Assembly (NCBI GenBank): GCA_049320885.1
Contig: JBMORA010000003.1
Coordinates: forward strand, 1 to 32,087
Direction of reading: 5' to 3'
Origin: Thermodesulfobacteriota bacterium
Lineage (GTDB): Bacteria > Desulfobacterota > Desulfobacteria > Desulfobacterales > SURF-7
Length of the DNA: 32,087 nucleotides
The notes under the pieces were generated by a model. That model ran no database searches, was not told the origin of the DNA, and saw only the letters and a list, made by a program, of their open reading frames with translations. Positions 21,705 through 29,700 of this stretch are shown one piece after another (the first letter of the stretch is position 1; each line of letters begins with the position of its first letter). The translations under genes and the position numbers were made by a program.

Positions 21705-21739
21705 TTGACTTAGAATTTTATTCTGGAATATTATTCTAA
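21705..21739 (+). promoter_or_regulatory. tetR promoter with overlapping tandem palindromic operator
   Basis: TTGACT (21705-21710), 18 bp spacer, TATTAT (21729-21734), overlaid by AGAAT-TTT-ATTCT and GGAAT-ATT-ATTCT. Confidence 0.65.
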
Positions 21740-21753
21740 TTAAGTGAGGGCCA

Positions 21754-22368
21754 ATGGGACGGAACGAACAGACGCGGAAGCGTCGCGCCGAGGTAATTGA
21801 AGCTGCCTTGAAATGTTTTCAGGAGTTGGGTTACGCCAAAACAACCATGGCGGATATCCGCCGGCATTCGTCCGCCAGCACGGGAAGCATTTATCATCAC
21901 TTCAGGAGCAAACAGCAGCTTGCGACAGCGGTTTATTTCGAAGGTGTTAAAAACTATCAGGAAGGACTGCTCCGGGTATTGGCAGCGGAAAAACAGGCCC
22001 GGAAAGGAATCCGGTCGATTGTGGGGTATCATCTCCAATGGGTGAGCGATCATCCCACATGGGCTCGATATTTAACGGAAATGCGCCATGCGGAATTCAT
22101 GGATGGCGCCGAATCCAGGTTCAAGGAGTTGAACGCCCATTTCGCCGCCGGCATCACCACCTGGGTGTCCGGCCACATGAAAGCCGGACGCCTCAAGCCC
22201 GTATCCCGGGACGTGTTCATCGCCCTGCTCCTTGGTCCCTGCCAGGAATATGCCCGGCAATGGCTCGCCGGCCACGCGGTGCTGGAACCCACCGCTGCCG
22301 CCGCCGCAATGGCGGAACCGATCTGGCGCTCCCTGCAAGGAAACCAACGGGAGGAAAACCATGACTGA
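21754..22368 (+). CDS. TetR/AcrR family transcriptional regulator
   Basis: AALKCFQELGYAKTTMADI...STGSIYHHFRSKQQL N-terminal HTH. Confidence 0.95.
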   Translation: MGRNEQTRKRRAEVIEAALKCFQELGYAKTTMADIRRHSSASTGSIYHHFRSKQQLATAVYFEGVKNYQEGLLRVLAAEKQARKGIRSIVGYHLQWVSDHPTWARYLTEMRHAEFMDGAESRFKELNAHFAAGITTWVSGHMKAGRLKPVSRDVFIALLLGPCQEYARQWLAGHAVLEPTAAAAAMAEPIWRSLQGNQREENHD

Positions 22369-23323
22369 TGTAATTCGGTTGCAATATCAAAAAAGGCCTT
22401 CGGCCGTAATCGCCCTGCTGAAAGCCCTCTGGGGAATCCGGCGACGGTATGACATACTGACCGATCAGGCGGAGATATGCGCTGTATGGAAAAAGGCCAC
22501 CATGATGCCGGAACATAGAAAGGTGTTCATGGAGATATGCGGTCTTCAGGCCGATCTTTCAAACGATCATCCGATGGATATCATATATCCCTGGACTTTG
22601 GTGTTTCCCCTCGTCATCCGGGTGCTGGGCCACGCGGAGGCTCCCTTGACCATCTTCCGATCGGTTACCACAAAAGCCAGGATTGTCCAATCCCGGAAAA
22701 TCGGTGCCAACGGAGAAATGCAAGCCGTTTGCCGCTTGGGGGATCGCCGCCTTGTTGAAAAGGGGCTTGAAGCGGACGTTCTCCAATCCATCGAACTAAG
22801 CGACGGGATCGCCTGGGAATGCCGCCAGACCTTTTTCTATAAAGGACGATTCGGTGAGCCGGATAAGCCCTGCTCCTTGAATGTCATGCCAGCGATTCCG
22901 GATGCACCACCCATCGGAGAATGGTTTCTCCCGTCGGGTCGGGGTTTCCGTTTCGCCGATATCAGCGGCGACAGCAACGGTATTCACTATAGCCGAACCT
23001 ATGCCAGGATGCTCGGGTTCGAACGGGATTTTGCCCAGCCCATGCGCATCCTCTCCAAGGCGCTGGAATTTGTTCCGTCAACGGGTAATGAGCCATCCGC
23101 TTCCGGTAAACTTGAAAAACCCGATCCGGCTGGCGACAAAGCGGCAAACGGTCAGCCGGACGGCGGATGGAACAACTGCCATTCCCTCGACATCGCCTTC
23201 AAGGGACCGGTTTACTACAACAGTCGGGTGGAAGTCCGCGGCGCGTCTTTTCATGACGGCTATCGGTTTGATGTCTACGCCGGACAGAACCCGCGGCCCT
23301 GCATATGCGCATGGTTGCAGTGA
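22361..23323 (+). CDS. MaoC-like (double hot-dog) acyl dehydratase
   Basis: FADISGDSNGIH (D-x4-H hydratase motif), ARMLGFERDFAQPM, AFKGPVY. ATG 22361 has SD GGAGG and overlaps the tetR stop. Confidence 0.75.
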   Translation: MTDVIRLQYQKRPSAVIALLKALWGIRRRYDILTDQAEICAVWKKATMMPEHRKVFMEICGLQADLSNDHPMDIIYPWTLVFPLVIRVLGHAEAPLTIFRSVTTKARIVQSRKIGANGEMQAVCRLGDRRLVEKGLEADVLQSIELSDGIAWECRQTFFYKGRFGEPDKPCSLNVMPAIPDAPPIGEWFLPSGRGFRFADISGDSNGIHYSRTYARMLGFERDFAQPMRILSKALEFVPSTGNEPSASGKLEKPDPAGDKAANGQPDGGWNNCHSLDIAFKGPVYYNSRVEVRGASFHDGYRFDVYAGQNPRPCICAWLQ

Positions 23324-23366
23324 TTTTTCGGGCAGCGAGCGTCGTCACCGGAACGGAAGGAAAAGT

Positions 23367-23885
23367 ATGAATTCATCATTCATCGAAACCCTGAGCAAAA
23401 AGGATCTGGTGGAAATTCTGGGCAAGTGCTGGATGACCCATGACGGCATGTGGTTTTACAACACACTGCTGGAAAACGGTCTGGAAAGCGCCAACCGGAT
23501 CAACAAGGCGGCCATCCGATCCCTTGCGCCTATCGAAATCCAGCGATTTCGTAAACGCTTGGGAATCGAATCCGTCGAATCCTATGAAAAACTGGCCGGT
23601 TTTTTCAGGGCAGTGTCGGAATTGCTGATCCCCGATTTCATGAACATCTCCTTCACCTTTCCCGGCGACAACACGGCATCCTGGGAGTTCAACGAAAGGA
23701 AATGCTTTGCTTATAACGGGATCAATCTGCTTGGCGTGATCGACGCTTACGAATGCGGGCCGATTTACAGAATCCGCTGCTGGCTGGATGCCCTGGGCAT
23801 TCGCTATACCATGGACCCGGATATCCAGACCTGCATCATGCCATCCAAGGGCCGCTGTTCCGGCAGAATCAGTTTCCGGTTTTGA
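23367..23885 (+). CDS. conserved hypothetical protein (DUF6125-like)
   Basis: SD AAGGA then ATG 23367; CWMTHDGMWF motif and spaced Cys. Family name recalled from memory, not searched. Confidence 0.65.
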   Translation: MNSSFIETLSKKDLVEILGKCWMTHDGMWFYNTLLENGLESANRINKAAIRSLAPIEIQRFRKRLGIESVESYEKLAGFFRAVSELLIPDFMNISFTFPGDNTASWEFNERKCFAYNGINLLGVIDAYECGPIYRIRCWLDALGIRYTMDPDIQTCIMPSKGRCSGRISFRF

Positions 23886-23902
23886 ATGCCAAACGGAACC
23901 GT

Positions 23903-24541
23903 TCAGACCGGCCCACCCGCCGCCTTCACGCCCCTGATCGCCACAAAAGACCCTTTCCCGTAACCGTCCATAATGGTTCCCTGCGATTCCCCGGGAACAA
24001 GGATCTGTTTGATTTCCATTGCCCCGAACCCCGTTTCATTCAGGAATCTGAGGACTTCCCGGGCCGAGTAAAAAATCGCTTCCCGGTAGAATTTGCTGTT
24101 TTGTCGTTTTTCCGCATACTGCCTGCCCAGCTGGCTGTCTTTATCCACGAAGCCGACGACAAGGCATCCGCCCGGCTTCAATACCCGAAAAGCCTCCCGG
24201 AAAGCCCTGTTCACATCATCAACGAAACAGATGGTCGTAACCATCAGAACGAAGCCGAACCGGTCATTGGGAAAAGGCAGATCTTCGGCCACGCCGGGGA
24301 AAACATGAATTCCACGTTGTTCCGCCTTGATGGCCATTTGCCGCGATGGTTCCACGCCCACCCGTATTCCCAGCGGCAGAGCAAATTTCCCGGAACCCAC
24401 CCCGACCTCCATTCCTTCGGCAGCAGGCGACGGCAGGAGCTGACGGATGACGTCCAGTTCGGCTTCATACACTTCTGGATTCCGCTCGAACCACTCCTCA
24501 TAGGCATCACTGAATTGTTCAAATGCTTCGATTTTGGGCAT
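23903..24541 (-). CDS. class I SAM-dependent methyltransferase
   Basis: MEVGVGSGKF, GVEPS, GVAEDLPF, RVLKPGG. Start is ATG 24541 or 24547, overlapping the upstream kinase 3' end. Confidence 0.92.
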   Translation of the reverse strand: MPKIEAFEQFSDAYEEWFERNPEVYEAELDVIRQLLPSPAAEGMEVGVGSGKFALPLGIRVGVEPSRQMAIKAEQRGIHVFPGVAEDLPFPNDRFGFVLMVTTICFVDDVNRAFREAFRVLKPGGCLVVGFVDKDSQLGRQYAEKRQNSKFYREAIFYSAREVLRFLNETGFGAMEIKQILVPGESQGTIMDGYGKGSFVAIRGVKAAGGPV

Positions 24542-25667
24542 ATCCATCTCCCCGCGGCTGATCCGATCCCGGCAGCTGGACCTCAAACACCGCCCCCCTG
24601 CCGTCGGAAGGAAGCAAGCGGATCTCGCCCTTATGATCCTCGATGATGCTTTTTGCGATGTACAAGCCTAAACCCGTACCTTTATCCGGCGCCTTGGTCG
24701 TGACAAAGGGGGCAAACAGGTTGCGGCGTTCCTCCTCGTCGATCCCGGGTCCGTCGTCGGCCACCTGAATGCGGACAGAGCCCCCTGACTCGGCGGCGGC
24801 AACGGCAATGGTTCCCCCACAGGCTTCCATCGCGTCCATGGCATTGGTCAGCAGATTGACAAACACCTGGGAGAGCCGCTGACGATCGCAGACAACCCGC
24901 ACACCGGCCGCCACCCCGCTGCGGTCCACGGTCACCAGGCTGTTCTTCAACCGAAAATTCAACATCTCCACCGCATCCTCGATCACATCGCCAAGGAGAC
25001 AGGATTGCAGGGTCATCTTGCCCTGGCGGGCATATCCCTTCAGGGTCTTGATCAACTTGGAAATGCGCCGGGTCCCCTCCATGATCCGCTCGATCCTTTC
25101 CAGAACGAATTCCTGTCGCGGATCACCGGTGGCCATTTTCTGCTGGATCAGCTGGGCGCTGCCGAAAATGAAACTGAGCGGATTGTTGATTTCATGGGCC
25201 AGGGCGGCAGAAAAAACCCCGAGGGTGGCCAACCGGTCCGCATGAATCAACCGGTTGGACTGCTCCCGGACCATTTCCTCCAGCCGGTCGCGGTGCCGCT
25301 TCAATTCAAGATGGGTCGCAACCCTCGCCCGGACCTTACCCGGGCTGAACGGCTTGGTGATGTAATCCACGGCCCCCAAGGCGAATCCTTTCAGCTCATG
25401 GGTCTCTTCCCCCATGACAGTGATGAAAATAACCGGAATGTTGCGGGTGGCGGGATTGCGCTTCAATGTTTCGCAGACCTCGTACCCATCCATAGCCGGC
25501 ATGATGATGTCCAGCAGAATCAAATCCGGCGGGTTCCCGCCGCCGGCAATGCCGAGGGCCTTTTCGCCGCTGGTGGCGGCCCTGACTTCATACGCCTTCA
25601 GAATCTCACTCAAGGCGTCGATGTTTTCCACGTCGTCGTCGACGATGAGGACGGACGGATTCTTCAT
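24519..25667 (-). CDS. receiver-histidine kinase hybrid (REC-HisKA-HATPase)
   Basis: IVDDD, LLD, KP receiver; AHEINNPL H-box; NLLTNA, DDGPGI, FVTTK, GTGLGL. Confidence 0.95.
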   Translation of the reverse strand: MKNPSVLIVDDDVENIDALSEILKAYEVRAATSGEKALGIAGGGNPPDLILLDIIMPAMDGYEVCETLKRNPATRNIPVIFITVMGEETHELKGFALGAVDYITKPFSPGKVRARVATHLELKRHRDRLEEMVREQSNRLIHADRLATLGVFSAALAHEINNPLSFIFGSAQLIQQKMATGDPRQEFVLERIERIMEGTRRISKLIKTLKGYARQGKMTLQSCLLGDVIEDAVEMLNFRLKNSLVTVDRSGVAAGVRVVCDRQRLSQVFVNLLTNAMDAMEACGGTIAVAAAESGGSVRIQVADDGPGIDEEERRNLFAPFVTTKAPDKGTGLGLYIAKSIIEDHKGEIRLLPSDGRGAVFEVQLPGSDQPRGDGYAQNRSI

Positions 25668-26704
25668 GTCGGGTCTCCCTGCAGGCTTTCCCCGTCAACG
25701 CAATGGTCATCCGGGTACTTCCGGTAAACCGTTTCCACTTCCCTACGGCAATCGAAGAACAGATCGGTCAGTTGCGGGTCAAAATGCGTCCCCCTGCCCC
25801 TGCGGATGGCCTCGAATGCCTCGCCTAATGGCAGGGGAGGTTTGTAGGGGCGCCGGGATATCAGGGCGTCGAACACATCCACGATATGCACTACCCGTCC
25901 GGCGAACGGAATCTCGGTTCCGCGCAATCCCATGGGATATCCGCTCCCGTCCCAGCGCTCATGATGGGTCAGGGCGATCAGCCGGGCCATCTCCAGCAGC
26001 CGCGAAGTGCTCCCCCGCAGGTTGCGCTCGCCCAGCCGGGGATGGGTTTTCATGATGGTCCATTCCCCCTCATCCAAATGAGACTCCTTACGCAAAATCT
26101 CGTCGGGAATGCCGATCTTGCCGATATCATGCATGGTGCTGGCCATTCCGATCAATTCCGCCTCCTCCTCCGGAAAGCCGCTGCGCATCACCATGAGGTG
26201 TGTATACTCGCGGATGCGGCGCACATGCATGCCGGTGACAAGGTCCCTGGATTCGGTGGCCAGCACCAGCCGCATGACGATCTCCCGGGTGCGCTCCTTG
26301 ACCAGACATTCCAGCCGGTCCTGATGATATTTCAATTCGAGATGATTGCGCACCCGGGCCTTGACGAGACTCGGTTTGAAAGGTTTACGGATGTAGTCCA
26401 GGGCCCCCAATTCCAGGCCTTTGGCCTCGTCGCCCTCTTCACTCAGGCTGCTGACAAAAATAACCGGGATGTATCGCGTCTTCTCATCGGCTTTCAATCG
26501 ACGACAGATCTCATAGCCGTCCATTCCGGGCATGACGATGTCCAGCAAAATCAAATCCGGCGGATTTGAACCGGCGGCGATGTTCAGCGCCCGTTCCCCG
26601 TTCACGGCGGCGCGAACATGGTAGTCTTTCAGAATCTCTCCCAGGGAATCGATCATTTCAGGCGTATCATCCACGACTAAAATGGAAAACGCGGGTTGCC
26701 TCAT
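25664..26704 (-). CDS. response regulator with HD-GYP cyclic-dinucleotide phosphodiesterase domain
   Basis: Receiver plus MHDIGKIG, HHERWDGSGYP, DVFDAL, RPYK. Confidence 0.95.
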   Translation of the reverse strand: MRQPAFSILVVDDTPEMIDSLGEILKDYHVRAAVNGERALNIAAGSNPPDLILLDIVMPGMDGYEICRRLKADEKTRYIPVIFVSSLSEEGDEAKGLELGALDYIRKPFKPSLVKARVRNHLELKYHQDRLECLVKERTREIVMRLVLATESRDLVTGMHVRRIREYTHLMVMRSGFPEEEAELIGMASTMHDIGKIGIPDEILRKESHLDEGEWTIMKTHPRLGERNLRGSTSRLLEMARLIALTHHERWDGSGYPMGLRGTEIPFAGRVVHIVDVFDALISRRPYKPPLPLGEAFEAIRRGRGTHFDPQLTDLFFDCRREVETVYRKYPDDHCVDGESLQGDPT

Positions 26705-29700
26705 GGCGCCTCCCCAAGCGGCATATCCAGCAAATCAGTCATCACAAGCAATCTGTTCAATGCCTTTTCATAATCGTACCGGCCGATATGATCCCGCAGC
26801 TCCCGGTACACCGGCATTACCGCGGGCGCATTGGCGAGATACGGTCCCATGGACTCCGCGCAAGGTCCCGCCTTGACATTGTCGTCCCGGAGATAACCGA
26901 ACAATCGGGCCACGATGGATGCCAATTCATGCATATCGAACTTCTCCGCTTGTCCGGAAGGTGCCACACTGGCTTCTTCCCCGCGGGGAACCGCCATTCC
27001 GGCGATGGCGATGGCCTGCAACACCGCCCCCAGGGACTTACCCAGCGCCTCCAAGCTGGATCGGATCGCCGGGGTTTCCCCGCTCCGAATTCCGGCCTCC
27101 AGAGCACCGGCATGCTGAAACACCTCGCCGGCTCCGATGTTGCCGGCGACTCCTTTCAGGGAATGAGCAAGCCGGCGGGCCTGCTCGGTATCCCCGCCAT
27201 CCAATGCCTCCCTGATTTTCCGCTCGGTATCCATGTTATGCCTGTAAAATTTGACCAGCAGCTTCCGCAGCAGTTCAGCGCTGCCGTTGCAGTGCAGCAA
27301 TCCCGCAGGCACATGGATACCCGGGATATGCGGCAGTTCCTCCGGAAGCGCCGCGGCGAGCGGATGTCCCCCATCCCCTGCTGACTCCGACAGCTTTCTT
27401 CCCCGGATCCAACGGTTCAGCGTCGCGTACAGGTGACTGGGATCAAAGGGTTTGGTGATGAAATCATCCATCCCGGCCTTCAAACATTTATCCCGCTCGC
27501 TGTCGATGGCATGGGCGGTCATGGCGATGATGGGCAGTTCCTTCCGTTCCGGGGTCTCCCGGATCAACCTTGTGCAGTCGTACCCATCCATCTCGGGCAT
27601 TTCCAGATCCATCAAAACCGCCTCAACCGCAACAGACTCCAATATCCGCAAGGCCTCCCTGCCGTTTTCGGCCACGACGACCGTAAACCCTCCATGCTCC
27701 AGGAGGCGTTGAGCCACTTCCCGATTCATTTCGTTATCTTCCACCAGCAAAATCCGCGCCGGAACCGTTGGCAGATCATGAGACTCGTTTTCCCACAAGG
27801 GCGGTGCCTTTCCGGCTTTCAGAATGTATTTCCCGAAAACCATCATGATGGCGTCGTGCAGTTGCGACGGCGTCACCGGTTTCGTCAAAAAGCCGTCGAT
27901 GCCGGCTTTCTCCGCGCTCTGAATCACGGTCTCCCGGTCAAAAGCAGTCAGCATGATGATTTTCGGCACAGGCCTCAGATTCAGCTTCTCCTTGATGATT
28001 CCGGATGCCTGGATACCATCCATTCCCGGCATTTTCCAGTCCATGATCACCAGGTCATAGGGCCTCTCCCGGGAGTCTCCGGCCGCCCGTTCCAGCTCCG
28101 CGAGTGCTGCGGCTGAGGAGGAAAGGACGGTCGTCGTCATACCGAAATTGGCGAGCATCTGCCGGATCACCTGCTGGACAACGGGATTGTCATCCACCAC
28201 CAGCGCACGCATGCCGGCAATGGAATCGGGCAAAGCGGGATACCGCTCCTCTCCTGTCCGCGGGCAGCCGAATTCCGCCGTGAACTGGAACTTGGATCCC
28301 TCGCCGGGCCTGCTGTCCACGGCAATTGACCCGTTCATCATCTCCACAAGCCGCTTGCAGATCGCCAGCCCCAAGCCGGAGCCGCCGTATCGCCTGGTTG
28401 TGGAGCTGTCCGCCTGGGAAAAATCGTTGAACAGCGTGGGAATTTTTTCCGCGGCGATTCCGATGCCGGTGTCCCGGACCGAAAAGCGCAGCATGACCCT
28501 GTCTTCTTCCCGGGAAGCCATTTCGATGGCCAGCACGATCTCGCCGGTTTCCGTGAACTTCACTGCATTGTTGACGAGATTGATCAGCACCTGTTCCAGC
28601 CGCAGAGCGTCTCCGATCAAAACTTGAGGTACGGTTTCGGACACGGCGAAAACCATCTCCAGGCCCTTTTCCTCGGCCTTGACGCTGATCATGTCCGAGA
28701 TACTCGCCAGGATGTCATTGAGGTTGAAAACGGAATTTTCAATGGTCAGCCGCCCGGCTTCGATCTTGGAAAAATCGAGAATGTCATTGATGACTCCCAG
28801 GAGCGCATGGGAAGAGGATTGAATCTTTTGCAGGTAGTCTTCCTGCTTGACGGATAGGCTTGTCTTGCGCAAAAGGTGGGTCAGTCCGATCACCGCATTC
28901 AGGGGGGTGCGGATTTCATGGCTCATCCGCGCGAGAAAATCGCTTTTGGCCTGGTTGGCGACTTCCGCCTCCTCCCTGGCCTTTTGCATCTCCGCCTCGG
29001 CCTTGACCAGATTGGAAATATCGTCATACAGCCAGATGGAGCCGTCCATGGGTTTGGAAGGCTCCACGGCCCGGCCCACCATCCGGCACCAGAAGAGGCT
29101 GCCGTCCTTCCGCTTCAGATCCAGCGTGGTCTCAAAGGTTTTCCCCGCGGCCAGCACCGGATAGGCCGCTTCCCCCAGCCATTGATATTGGGCATCGTCC
29201 TTGTACATGATTCTGGACGATCTGCCCACAAGCTCCCCGATTTCATAACCCATCATTTTGGCCAGGCGCGGATTCGTCCATTCGCAACGCCGGCCCCTGG
29301 AAAAAATAATGCCGATCATGCTGTTTTCCAGAATCAAATTTTGTTGGGCGTTGACTTCCCTCAAGGACTCCTGAGCCTTTTTGCGCTCGCCGATTTCCCG
29401 ACTCAACCTTCGGTTCCAGAACAGAATCACCGTGAAGACGCTTCCCGCGACCAGCAGCAGGACGAAGACCACCCTCCAGACCAGGTGCCAGTCGATGGCG
29501 GTTTCCAATCCCGCAGCGACCCATTTGTTGTAAATCCGGCTGTGCTCCCGGGACGAAATGGAGGCCAGCATTTTATCGATGATCCAGACAAGTTCCGGCC
29601 AGTCTTTGCGGACACCCACGGCGATATCATAGGAGTACTGGGTGGGCGCGGCCAGCTTCAGGTCGGCAAGGCCTTCCTTACGGATGTAGTAGGCCGCCAT

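Noticed and set aside
20641..21705. REP/REPIN arrays, tnpB or target-site duplication around the Y1 transposase
   Set aside because: No multi-copy REP palindromes, no tnpB ORF and no direct repeats flank the element.
22232..23366. Longer ORF-track starts (22232 and 22881) for the dehydratase and the DUF6125-like gene
   Set aside because: They overlap upstream genes; SD-supported ATGs exist at 22361 and 23367.
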